Shown: positions 40,701 through 53,369 of the stretch, in pieces | Layout: each line of letters begins with the position of its first letter | How positions within the stretch are numbered: position 1 is the first letter of the stretch | Translations under genes and position numbers: made by a program | The notes under the pieces: model-generated | The model's database searches: none | Seen by the model: only the letters and a program-made list of their open reading frames with translations | Told to the model about the DNA's origin: nothing | Assembly: GCF_006345805.1 (NCBI RefSeq) | Contig: NC_043003.1 | Location: 111,042,001-111,106,000 of the forward strand | Reading direction: 5' to 3' | Length of the DNA stretch: 64,000 nt | DNA from: Octopus sinensis | Lineage: Eukaryota

Positions 40701-41118
40701 TTCAACAACACTATTTTCGAAAATTCTAAACATTCACGTGACCTCTTTATTATGGCCAATAAGAAATTTTAGGCGGGACACTAGCCAAATTTTAACTTCT
40801 CTGGAGCCTTTTTTCTTACCCCAACACCAACTTCCATTCAAACATTCACGTGACCCCTTCATAATGACCAATCAAAATTTTAGGCGCGAAACCAAGCAAA
40901 TCCAAAACAACTCTGGAGCCTCTTTTTTTTCACATATAAGAGACAGACTCTAATCTCTCTTTTATATTTTGATAAGCATAACAAATGCGCAACCGGTAAA
41001 AAGAACTTTCACCTAATTAAATTACTTAAATTACTTCAATTATTTCTCAGCATTTTCTTCATTTCCTTTTTTATATATCACCACTCGTGTTCGACATCTC
41101 CTTTTTAAAATATATATA

Positions 41119-41164
<46 letters not shown>

Positions 41165-41203
41165 CTCACACATACATACGCTCACACACACACATGCTTA
41201 TAT
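37682..41203 (-). mobile_element. Penelope-like element (Neptune-type), 5'-truncated, with inverted pseudo-LTR
   Basis: RT with TFDVVNLYSN, QKSGTAMGT..APTYANLVMG, WKRYLDDCF and IPFLDI; linker KCNRPNCGIC; GIY-YIG nuclease NLVYVLTC..C...YIGQT...LRQR (38577..39005). Inverted arms at 37682-38410 and 40481-41203. Several frameshifts. Confidence 0.93.
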
Positions 41204-41652
41204 TCACTTTAGCTATATACTTCCTCAAGTATTGATTTATTTCCTTACAATTTTGACAATGCCAAATAGATGTAAAAAGCTAGAAGCTGCATATTTAGTT
41301 TATATTTAGTTGTATAACATAAACTGTAATACGATGATACACAAGTGTTCATTCGAGCACTTACGTTCCATAAACCTTTAGGTGTTTTGACTCGTTGTCA
41401 AATGTTATGTTAGTCTGCTGACGAAGTGGAAGAAATTCACCCAGGAATAATAGAAACGGATAACTTAGAAATTTATCATTAAACTTGTGATGAATATTAT
41501 TTATATTTTTTCCTCTATAGTCATCTTTTCATTGATTGTTTTCACTGTTTACCGTCTGGAGCACTATGGGTGTTTTGTATGTGCAGTGTTTTGATTTATC
41601 TTGTAGTTTGTATTGAAAGCATCCTTTGTAAATAATATTATTATTATTATTG

Positions 41653-41714
<62 letters not shown>

Positions 41715-41715
41715 T

Positions 41716-42170
41716 ATGGTTTCTTTTCATTATAACTTTCTTTCTGCTGCTTTAGTAGTAGGCATCTTCTGGGGGTCAAGAGTATCAAGGGCACTTTCGT
41801 TTTGCTATGCATGCTAAAATTGTCACCACATTCATTCCATTCGAAACAAAGAGCGCTTTCCGTAGTATATGGGCTGTACCCATCAAGGTTACCTTTTGTA
41901 GCACACGGAGATTGGAGTTACTACTAGTGAGTTGCTTAATGCACTTCTCAGCCCCCTTCTTTATCATTTCCAAAATACCAATTACTACTTGTATTGTATT
42001 ACTAAGCTTTCACATTTCAATTTGCAGATCTTTACAGTGAGAAACATTTTTGCATAACTTTCTTGAGACATCTTGATCTTGTAGGACAGATGTATCTATT
42101 AACAAACAACTTCCTCTGTTGTAGTCCTTGATCACAATGTCTGGTCGTTTGGAGTCCATTTTTTTCTGTC
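41716..42170 (-). mobile_element. R4/Dong LINE 3' fragment (restriction-like endonuclease) ending at (TAA)n
   Basis: KRPDIVIKD...CLLIDTSV..D...KDLQIEM and LQKVTLMGTAHILRK. It abuts the (TTA)n array at 41635-41715. Confidence 0.8.
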
Positions 42171-42174
42171 TGTT

Positions 42175-43050
42175 TGTATTGGGAAGGTCTCTTTTGACCT
42201 CTGAGGAGTACAGAAACAGGATTGGTCGGCCATTGAAGATGGCACTGGCAGGCGCGATTATTAACAACAAATGGTGGCGTGCCCTCAAACGAGCCATCAA
42301 ATTTGAGTCAATAAAATTTACTAAAAAATTAACAACTCAAAATGATAGAGTAGGAACGGATTTTGTTAAGACCCTAGAAGAAGCATTGAGTACTGGCAGT
42401 GCAACCCAAGTGTTGGCTGCGACATTGGCGCTCAAGCAACACCTCAAGACTCAACACGATGGGTGTATTTTGAGGGCTAAGATTCATGCAGGGGTGAGAG
42501 GGATCAGTACAGGGAGATGGACCCGTGTGAGGACCATCCAACATGGCAACGATGCCAGAATAAGGTCTGTGATGAACAAACACGTGTAATTGGTAAACGA
42601 ACCCGAGGAGATGTGCAACGTTTTTTACAAGCATTTCGGCCAGCTTTTCGGGAGGGGTGATAGACCAGCACGCAGGGTGGATACTATGGACTTTCCCGCC
42701 AGTTTGTCACAGCTCTCGGGGCGGAAAGCAGAATGCTGTGAAAAGCCGATCAGAGCTGCGATAGTAGAGGATGCCTTGTCGGATTGTCGTGGGGTCAGGT
42801 CACCGGGACAAGATAGTTTCCCTACGAATTTTATTATTGCATTTCATAATTGTTTGGGCACTAGGTGGCTTGCGTCGTCACAAACTGACAATATAATGGG
42901 TTCATACTCTAATCTGTGAACCGAGGAGTGGTGACGGTGCTAAGTAAGGACCCAGATGATGGGGATCTTGGGAATAATGTTCGACACATCCCTCTGCTCA
43001 ACGCAGAATTGAACATTTTGACCAGGGTATTTGCAAACAGATTGGCAAAC
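42175..43050 (+). mobile_element. L1/Tx1-like LINE ORF2 fragment
   Basis: GCILRAK, FYKHFGQLF, PIRAAIVEDAL..RSPGQD and GVVTVLSK....RHIPLLNAELNILTRVFANRL; degenerate. Confidence 0.7.
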
Positions 43051-43074
43051 AATTGGTGGTGCATTCACACACAC

Positions 43075-43602
43075 ACACATCGTGACATTCTTCGCGCATC
43101 ACCATACCCACGTAATCCAGGAGGACAATGCTCCCTCCCATGTGACCATCACCACGGACTTCCTGCATCAGCACAACATGCCGTGGCCGGGTCTTAACCC
43201 GGATTTGAGCCCAAATGAGCAAAACCTGTGAGATGGAATCCAGACATGGCTGAACCAGGTTGTCCGAAGGCCGGCAACTCGTGTTGAACTGGAAGCAGCT
43301 TTCCTCAGGTTGTGGGTACAGGTGCTAGTGGCTTTTGAGAACTGCCTCATGCATTCCATGTTCCGATGGTGTATGGCCGTTTTGAACACCCAGGGAGGGC
43401 ACACACGATAAGAAATTTGTCGATCTCGATGTACTGGACCCTCCCATTACCAGAACACATGACTACAACACATGGAATGTGGCCAATGTGCATCCAGGAA
43501 ATTGACTTTATCAGATTCATCAATATTTAGCGTTGACCTATTGAAATTAAAACATATTTCACAGTCACAAACGTCTCGCCTTTCCCTCGCTGTTCAGTGT
43601 AG
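43075..43602 (+). mobile_element. Tc1-family transposase C-terminal fragment and probable right end
   Basis: IQEDNAPSH, WPGLNPDLSPNEQNL and SM..R.C.AV....GGHTR motifs; ends ..ttcagtgta. Confidence 0.8.
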
Positions 43603-44002
43603 TGTGAAAGTTGTTAACACATTTCATCTTTCACTCTTTTTTTCCTTCTTATCTGCAATGTAAACTCACATACATATCGATAACTCTCTTTTTAATATCT
43701 TCTTCATCTGATATCTCTCTGCCAAATATAAGAAGTCAACAACTATCATTATTAGTGTTACTGCTATAATTACTATTATGAAGGCGGTGAGGTTGGGGAA
43801 TTGTTATTACGCAGGGCTAAATGATTAGCGTATTTCGTCAATTGTTGTTGTTGTTATTATTATTATCATTATTATTATTATTATTATGTATTTTTATCAC
43901 ATGTTCTGCTGGAACACCTGGAGTCTTGCATACTCAGCAGGCTTGCTGCCTGCAGCCTTAGATATAATGCTATCTGTTTGTTTCAACTAATACTTTACTG
44001 AA

Positions 44003-44178
44003 TCGATAGCAAACCGGGCGAAATGCTGAGCGGTATTTCGTCTGCCGCTACGTTCTGAGTTCAAAATTCCACCGGGGTCGACTTTCCTTTCATCTTTTCT
44101 GGGTCGATTAAATAAGTATCGCGATGAAGTAGACTAACCCCTCCCGCCAATTGCAGGCCTTCTGTCTATAGTAGAAAT
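44003..44178 (+). mobile_element. tRNA-derived SINE, family 1
   Basis: ccgggcgaaatgct.agcggtatttcgtctg..gttctgagttcaaa..ggtcgacttt.cctttcatc..gggtcgat. A separate SINE head lies at 43782-43840. Confidence 0.8.
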
Positions 44179-44209
44179 GATTATTATTATTATATTATTA
44201 TTATTATTA

Positions 44210-44266
<57 letters not shown>

Positions 44267-45239
44267 CCTCATCATTATTATTATTGTTGCTATCATTATT
44301 GAATGAGAGAGCAGTGCTTGTCATCTAAGAGACACTGGGATAAAATATACGAAGCCCAGTATACTAACCATTACTACACTTCTGATAAGGGTATACCAGG
44401 CACATGCATCACAACCATATGTGCGCAAGATAGGGATCTCATATCAAGATAAACAGCGCATGACCTTGCAGGTGGGGACCAGTTAGAATTTTTTTCGGGT
44501 TGAGTAGCCCATCCTGATCAAAAAGTCCCTGCACAAGGGTTGTTTAATGATGTTAAACAGAACACTCATATTTCCAAAGGTGAATTATCTAAACTCCAAA
44601 GACTTCATCTCAACTCAGGGCTATGGTGGATTCCACTACTTCTACTCGTGATCAGAGATGCACATATCGTCAGCAACTAATGGACATGCTCAACTGGTTA
44701 AGGTCAAGCAACTGACAAGCAGTGCGCAGAATATTTAATGTTATTGCATGTGAGCACCTATGGCTAAAAATGAATGATTTATTATTATCATTATTATAAT
44801 CCTTAATCAATATAAATCTCAGTCTCAACATTTTGGTTAACTATACGGCGAGAACTTTGAGTTAGAAAATTCTCCCATTACTTTCAGTTATACATTAATG
44901 CCTTGGACGTATCTTACTTTGATTAGTAAGCAATTTCATTCCCAGCGGGACTTGAAAACAATATCAGCTGAATTACATTCGTGCCGGTGTCTGTGAAGAT
45001 TGGTATAACCAGGATTTTGTCGTTTTGTGTCTCTCTGAAATATATTCTCTTGTGTATTTATTGAAATATATTTCTCTTAGTAATTCATGATTTCCAGTAT
45101 ATTCAAAAGCTCAATACACTTAGTCGAACATTTTATTTTAACTTGGCTAAGGTAAGGCAGTTAGAGACAACGTATTAAATTGTATCTCACATTCAACATA
45201 ATGGTAATTTACGTAAGCACTCTGCTTTGCTACACACAC

Positions 45240-45277
<38 letters not shown>

Positions 45278-45280
45278 ACA

Positions 45281-45331
<51 letters not shown>

Positions 45332-45441
45332 GGCCTGCTCGCTTAACCAGTGGGGTGGCGTCCTTTGAAGGCTAAAACAATGCGAAGCGCATTGTGACCA
45401 GCGATGTGTAGCAACATAAGATAGCCTGGTTGGTCACGGTG

Positions 45442-45482
<41 letters not shown>

Positions 45483-45737
45483 CCTGGTGAGGAGATTTTG
45501 ATTGTGTGCCATGGTAAATTTAGCTTTTGGTTTCAGTCGTGAGTTCTGGTAATCTTAAATATTCTTTATATAGTCTCTTCGTTTCGTCTGCATAGATGTT
45601 GAGATTCATTTCGTGCTACATTTCTTACGTAGCATTTCGTAACCTAATTTATCTTCGCTTTTAGACTTTTAATTTTACACTTACTCACATACTCACACAT
45701 ATATACATACACAAACGAATATATAAATAGAAATTAA

Positions 45738-46910
45738 TTAGCAGAGTTACTCGACGTTGCCCGGAAATGACAGTGTTCCTTATATATTAGAAGAAAAAAG
45801 CAAAATATGTTGTATAGAAATTTGTTATTCTAAATTCAATTTATTCTTCCATTGCGATACAATTGATTCTTCAATTGAGAAATCAATTCTGAATTCATAG
45901 TACAAAAATGCAAAAATAATAATAATCCAAAAAAAGCGAAAATACAAAATTTACGACTTTTATGAAGGGGGATGAATTCTATCACATACGTTGAATCATT
46001 ATTATGACCCCTTCGTTCAAAAAAAAGTCTACGTGGAGGAGTTTCAGTGAATTGAGAGAATGAAAGAACTCTGTTGTGTAATGGGCAGATTGATTTTAAC
46101 GACAGACTGAATCTGCTGGTTAGTACTATTTAATGACTGTTGCAATCTTATTCATTAATTCATGGTTGATACTTGCTACTTTCTAATACTTGGAGCAAGA
46201 ATTGCCATTTCACACAACCATTTATATGAATTATAACTATTACTTAAGTCTGGAAATACCCTGTTCGTCAATTCAGCCGGGGGATTCCATGATAGCAATA
46301 TTAGCTAAAGTGATATTACCAATTTCATCAAATGTTACTTTCCTGTTTTGATAGATCAGCTGTAACAAACATTGTTCCGCACATTGTTCCCCAACAAGTA
46401 AAGCTCATACATTAGTATCTAAGAATTTCTGTACTGTATTCCATAGGTGTGAAGACTTAATGCATGCTTTTATTTCATCAGATCTTGTTCGTCTCAGAAT
46501 GACTGCTGATGTATGTCTGAAGTCTCCTCATAAAACTAATTTAACTCCTCCCATAGATTCACTGTCGCTTCCTTTTTCTGCTGTGTGTTATCAATCAAGA
46601 TCTTCCATTGCACCTTTATGTGTCATGTTGCATTCATCCCAAATGATTAGGTGGCATTAGCACGACACACCTTTTGCATCTAAGCTTTGCTTATGTTACA
46701 AAATGGACTGTCACTTGTGAACAGGTATAGCGGTAATTTAAAGGTAGCATGAGCTGTTTGTCCTCCTGAGTGTGGAGTTTCAGCAATGCAAGTAGACGCC
46801 ACAGCAACTGCAATTCTTTTTTTGTAGCCTTACCTTGGAGAGAAGCAATGTTTTACAAATGTTTTAGCTGTGCTATCTGGAGCATCAAGAATGAAAATTC
46901 CTCAGAATAT
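45738..46910 (-). mobile_element. Helitron helicase remnant with 3' terminus
   Basis: Homologous to 18215-19050 (ILDAPD.T.KT, GGQTAHATFKLP, GDFRHT). The minus strand ends ccgggcaacgtcgag..CTAA|T, a degenerate hairpin followed by CTRR. Confidence 0.75.
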
Positions 46911-48384
46911 TTTTCTGTGTGTGTGTGAGTGTATTATTGTTTCATGTTCTCAAAACTGTCTTCTTTTTCTGAAGCTTTTGTTTTAAATATTAATATATTC
47001 TAAAAGGAAATTCCACACAACGATTTTCTTTCAGTTTCGTTTGTGCCTTTTAGCTATTTGTCAGTATTAGTTTAATATCATTCTCTACTAGTTATTTTTT
47101 GTCCTAAAATGGTTTTCGAGCTCTATTTGTGAAAAAAAACATTTGAGAATTAAAGGTTAGGAGTTATATGCTAAATCTCACTACTATTATTATTTTCTCG
47201 TAATTATATGCGTTTTCTTATGTAATAAGAGTCATGTATAGATTATTACAACCAATATAAATTACTGATTGAGAAAAAGAGTAGAAACCTAAATTCGATT
47301 TTGGTATTTAAGTGAGCTTCTGGGTAGTAAATTAACACATTTTGAATAGTCTGTCCTAACATTTTATTTCCTTCATTTGTGCATGTTCAAATCTTTGATT
47401 TCCAAAATATTTAAAAATCAGTGTGGTTTCTGTTTTTACCGTTCATTTAATCTCTTACATCATCTAACATATCAGTGGTAGTAATTTTCTCATTTCAAGC
47501 TTTCTCTAATTTAGTGTATACGCGTGCTGTTTGTATGCTATTAGTTGTTTATCATACCAGGAAGAGGTGCAATTTAACGTCATGCGTATCTCGCAATACA
47601 TATAATGAGACATGCCTGTTTTATATGTATGTATATATATATATTTTTTTTTTCGCAGCGTACTTGCACAAATCTCTTTATGTTTGTCATATCTCCAGCC
47701 TTGCACGATGTCTTTACACTTTCTCTTTCCCTTCCGCCATTGCTTCTTTGCCAAGTTGTTTTGGCGCCTTTTTCTCGCAGCCTCTCTGATTCCTTATCTC
47801 TCTCTCTCTCTCTCTTGGTCACTGCTTCTGTCCTCAGCCTTCCACCCTCCTTGGTCCCCTCTCTCTCTCTGTCCCTATTTCCCTCTCTCTTACCCCTCTC
47901 TCTCTGTCCCTCTTTCCCTCTCTCTTACCCCCTTCTCTCTCTAACCCTCTTGCGACTTGCTGTCTCAGCCATTCCGTTGCCAATGGCAGCTTGTTCAACA
48001 TGTGTCCCGACACCGAAAAGGTAATTGTTTTTCCACGCTTGCTGATAAATTGTTTTTGTGTCTCACTTTGTCTCAAAGCCCTAGGGTGCCTGTGTCATCC
48101 TTGTTTTTAACCGTTACTGTCTTCAAAAAAGTTTTTTTCGTTTCATGTTCGTCTCTAATGCGTTACATTCTTTCCTTCTGGGGCTGGCCGATTCAGAGCA
48201 GATCTCAGAATTAAACAGCCGAAATTTGCAATGATGAATCGGTTTCTGACTGAAGAATGAAGGCTTTGAATGACCTGTCTGTTTTTTATGTTCGTCCCTT
48301 CGTGTATTTCACGTTATTTATATTTATATGTGTAAACTTTTATTCTATATATATATTCACCATGATAGATCGTTAGACCGTACA

Positions 48385-48527
48385 CACATTTTTTCTGTGT
48401 CCCTTTCTGTAGAGGAACATGGGCGCGAAACATAAACTACTTTTTCTATTCCTGAGCGTTATACTAATACATCTGTTTGTTTTGCACACCACCTATCTTC
48501 GTCTTTTGTTTTTTCGTAAACTCTCCC

Positions 48528-48528
<1 letters not shown>
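48385..48528 (+). repeat. Short (TA)n-associated repeat (family of 1922-2057)
   Basis: cctttctgt..gcgcgaaacataaa..ttcctgagcg..taatacatct..cttcgtcttttgttttt followed by (TA)n. Confidence 0.55.
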
Positions 48529-48597
<69 letters not shown>

Positions 48598-48887
48598 GCA
48601 TATATATATATGTTGATTAAACGTGTCCAAATGTGATTCAAGAGAAACAGGATCACTAATTATCTTTGAATATTGCCCTTCAAATTTCCTTTGGTCTTAT
48701 ATCTACAAATTTCAGTGTTGTTTTCTCTTAAATCTTTTCACGTACGTAATATTTATTGGCGTTCTCCCTGAAAAACAATCGATTCCACGGTACACAAAAA
48801 CCAAGATCCTTTGTTCAATAGCAAAAACTCACAAAGTCTGAATTTTAAAAATAACAATAACGACAACGACAATGACAATGATGGGTT

Positions 48888-49088
48888 AGAAATTTTGGCT
48901 CAAGGCTAGCAATATAGAAGCAGGGGTAAGTCGATTAAATCAACATCAATGTTCAATTGATACTTAATTTACCGTCTCCGAAAGGATGAAAGGCAAATGT
49001 AATCTCGGTGGAATTTGAACTCAGAACGTAAAGCCGGATGAAATGCCTCTAAGCATTTTGTCCGGCTGCTAACTGTTCTGTCAGCTCA
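48888..49088 (-). mobile_element. tRNA-derived SINE, family 1
   Basis: Plus strand cgaaaggatgaaaggcaa..ctcggtggaatttgaactcagaacgtaaag is the reverse complement of the family core. Confidence 0.8.
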
Positions 49089-50649
49089 ATAATAATTTGA
49101 TTTCTTCCTTATCTACATGGTGGCATGTTACTACGAATAATAGGCCTCCTATTCCAAGAAAACAGCTAAGCAAGTAAGCAAATTATTTTTGAAAACTACC
49201 AATGCTATTACAGAAAGTTTCACAGGAAGTTTCACAGGAAGTTTCACAGGCGTCTCTATATAACATATGAATGTATACAGGAGATAAATATTTATTTCGC
49301 TTTCAGTTTTAAATATGACAGTCACATTTCATAGGGAAATAAAGGGATCTAAGTTGATGAGCGACATACAAATAGAAAATATAAGGCTTGCAACCCTGCA
49401 ATTCTTTCTTAACTTCGGAATTTCTTTCAACATTGTCAACATTCCGTATTCCGTTGAAGTGGAAAATGCGGAATAGGATGAAAACACAATGCTGAAACAT
49501 ATTAAACTGTAGAGATTTTATTGCTATAGATATCTGGGTAAAGATGAAAGTAAAATTCCGTCTGTAAAGATGACTGAAGGCGAATGAAATGAAATCGTGG
49601 CAGGATTTGGAGACGTGTTCTAAAAGACGAACTATAGTAAAAAGAACATCCTATTTGCGATTAACACATGTTTCTGTGAAAATGAATTAGAAATATCAGG
49701 AATCTCAAAAAGAAAAGAGAAAAGACGATATTGTATACTGACATTGATATTCAGTAATTATGTATAGTAAAATATTTAATGTGGAAGTGATAATATACTA
49801 CCAGGTTGTAGGGGAATAAGGCAATTTTCCAGGGTTCTCCCTCCTTGCTTATATGATAACAGTGTATTCTTCAACCTATTCTTGCTTTTTACAACTTGTA
49901 CTAATTCTAATATAGTTCGCCAACAAAATTATTTTTGTTTTCAAAGCAACTATGCTTTGATATGACCGTATATCACATGAGAATCATGGTGTTGATTCTA
50001 ATCTCAATTGGTGACTGAAGGATTGAAGCAACATTTGATGCTTGGGGTCTAGAGCAGTAGAAAAGTCATATTAATTCTTGTGTAACGTTTACAAAATAAT
50101 TGACAAATTATTCTGTAATATCTGTTCGCACAATATTCTCTGAAACAATGTAGAATATTCAATAATGTTTCCCACAAAATATATTTAGAGACAAAATAAC
50201 GTGGTCAATCAGGTTTATTTGCTAATAAAAAAAGTCCATGTCAATGTGTCAAATATCATCGAGATAAAATCTAATGGAATTTTAGAATATAAATACATAC
50301 ATATGATATCATATAATAAATACGATATCATGTTCCGTAAGAAAGATGGCATTTGTATATGAATAATCAACGACAGGATGCCGAATGAATATAATGCTGT
50401 GTAGAGAGAAATAGAGACGTTAATGAATTATATTCAATTAGCTATTGAATTCATAACGATACAGCAGTTAAGAAATTAGTCCCTCAGTACATTTGTCCTC
50501 GGATATTCTTAATTCTATACGTATAGACATCAAACATATTCACATCTATTTTCTACAATGTACTATACATTATGAGTCGGGAATAGAAATATCTGATGTA
50601 TTTCTGAAAGATTGGATAATAATAATAATAATAATAATAACAATAATAA

Positions 50650-52545
50650 CGATGACACATGCGAACAGCAAAGTTCGTGCCTATAATAATTGATGCGTTG
50701 GGAAAAGTAAGCCAGATATAGGCAAATGGCTGCAGGAGATTCAAATAGAATGCCCGGTAGACATCTTACTGAAAGATTGCCTCTTAGTGACAGCAAGTTT
50801 TATCTGGTGGGGGGGGGGCACGGCGACGACGAAAACCTGTTTTATATGGATAATCTCAAACTGTATACAAAGGATTAGAAAGACTTGGTTCCTCTAATCC
50901 AGACAGTAAGTGTATTTACTAAGTATACTGGGATGCAGCTTGGAGTAAATAATTTCACTAGACTAATTATGAAAAGAGGCCGGAAGATAAGCTCTAAGGT
51001 GCAAAATTACTAAGGAGACTGCAATACGGTAGGAGGAGAAATGAGAGAGAAAAAAAATTGAAAAACTGGGAAGGTGCTTGTAAAACAATTAAACCTAGGA
51101 AATATTAAAGTATTAATACGTTGGCCAATCCTGAAATAAGATGCTTTGCTTCATTTCCAAAATGAGCAATGCCCAGGTCAAAGAACATGGATAGAAGCAC
51201 CAGGAAATTGCTTACAATGCACAGCATGTACCACGTTAAGAGTAATATTACCAGGCTCAAACTACTAATAACGGAAGAGAGCAGAAAATTACTAAAGAGA
51301 GAAAATATCCTTAGTACTGCAATATTAGTATTACAAAATGATGTGCCGAATGAAGAAAGAATACTATCAGCAGCTAAATCTGTCCAAGGAGTTGTTGAAA
51401 CGGTAATAGAATTCAATTAGAGAAGAAAGATGAACAAAGGAAGCAAATAGAAAGGACTGGAATTATATGGCGGCCAATTCATGCAACGAACCGTGGTTGA
51501 TATTGAAATCTAAAAAAAAGGTTGGTTATGGCTGATGGACGTGAAGCGAGAGACCTTGGTTCTAATTCGGGCTGCTGAGGATCCAGAATCTGATAAATGC
51601 AAAGACCGAAATAATCAGTCAGATGATAAATATAGAATCTGCGGGAAGAAGACGTAAGCATCAATCATCTCTTGAGTGATTACAGTAGTTAGCATAAAGA
51701 GTATAAGCGCTGAATATGTAGATAGAAGATTGCTTTGGGATGTTAGATATGTAATTTCGAGATTACATACAAGTGTTATGAACATGAACCAGATGTTATG
51801 ACAGAGACAAAGAATTATGGTATCTTACAGCACATGCTCACATAGACTAAGTATACTCTCGAAGTTAAATGACAATTTAGTATTATAGGGGGCAACATAA
51901 GCAATATAAGATCATAGACTTTGCAATTCTCTATGATAACAGAGTCGATATAGAATACATAACAAGATCTAACCAGAGAGTGGAAGAGTCTGTGGACGAC
52001 TAACAACACAATTATTCTTTTGGTAATTAGTGCACATAGCACATCTCCCTAAAATGCAACCTTAGATATTGACAGATACTGCAATTGGGGCACGTATTAT
52101 CGATCGTATTATGAAAGAAATTCGTTAAAGAAATTTAGAAACATACAAGGGAGGGAGACTGACAGAAATACTTCAGGTTTCCTGAATGGAGAGGTCATTA
52201 CTGATTGGATAATTAGGGAGCAGTCAGCACTTCTTATGAAAGACAAAACCGAAGGCTGTATAACTACTAATTATAGATCAATCACTTACTTATGAAGGGT
52301 GTTAACAGCAATATTCTCAGTAAGCTTTTATGAGTATTTTGAAAATCGTAATTTCCTTCCAGAAAAGCAAAAGGGTAGCAGGAAGAAGCTTAAAGAAACG
52401 CATAGACTATTATAACTTGAGAAATCAGTTCTAAACAAAGTGAATTCCAGGAGGAAAGCTTTAACAACGGTATTGATAGATTATAAGAAAGGCAACGACA
52501 TAATCCAACACTCATGGATAATTGAGTGTTTCGGCATATTCAATT
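50650..52545 (+). mobile_element. Highly degenerate R4/Dong LINE fragments after (AAT)n
   Basis: LFYMDNLKLY, MDRSTRKLLTMH..YH and IDYKK..D.I.HSWI motifs, with many stops. Confidence 0.65.
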
Positions 52546-52583
52546 ACATGGGGAAATGCTAGCAAGAGAAATATTATTCTTAA

Positions 52584-53359
52584 GATTATAAAACCTGGAA
52601 AATTGCAGTACAAATTATTACACTTGGAAAAGTTTAGGACAACTTATAACATCTGGTACGGTACAGAGCAATAAAACTTTTACTTAAAATATTGCAGATA
52701 CGGATAAAATTTCTAAAGAAATTTAGATTTACAAAATAGCTTTCATTAAAACTAAAATTTTATTACGCGTTATTACTTGTTACGTCTATTAAAAATTTAA
52801 AATAACTGAATTAAAATATTTTTGCACTTTCAAAAGATTCACTTTTTTAATTATTAATTAATTATCAAATGTGTTAAAATAGGTTATAAAAAATAATAGT
52901 AGTACATAATAATTAGTACAATAAGTAAAGTAATACAAAAATTAGTTATATATTACTGTAAAATCTTCCTGTAATAAAAAATCTACAGTAGAATTTGCTT
53001 GAGTTATTGTCTGAGTTATTGCCAAGTGTTCACAGTTTTAGTCTTCACCCAATACATAATGAATTTGCCAACCATATATACTATTCTACGTTGCATAAGG
53101 CTTTAGCTATATTGGTATTTCTGGCTCACACTTTTTAAAGTATTCTAGTGTGTCAATATTTTGACAAAATAATAGTACCCTTTTTCCATCATAATGTTAC
53201 TTCGTAATTTAAAATCAAATAGTTTTTAATACTGAAATTTTATCCATAGCTGCTCTATTTTAAGTAAAATTGTTCTTGTTCTGTACTTTACTAGATGTAA
53301 TAAGTTGTCCTGAACTTTTCAAAGTGTAATAACTTATTTAATTTTCCAGGTATAAAATC
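52584..53359. mobile_element. Non-autonomous DNA transposon with roughly 130-bp TIRs and TTAA flanks (Kolobok-like MITE)
   Basis: Inverted arms at about 52584-52713 and 53233-53359; TTAA at 52580-52583 and 53360-53363; termini GA..TC. Confidence 0.65.
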
Positions 53360-53369
53360 TTAAGGAAAG

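Noticed and set aside
41419-41460. CTGACGA A GTGGA..TTCAC hammerhead-like motif
   Set aside because: GAAA is displaced by 12 nt from helix II and there is no cleavage triplet with helix I.
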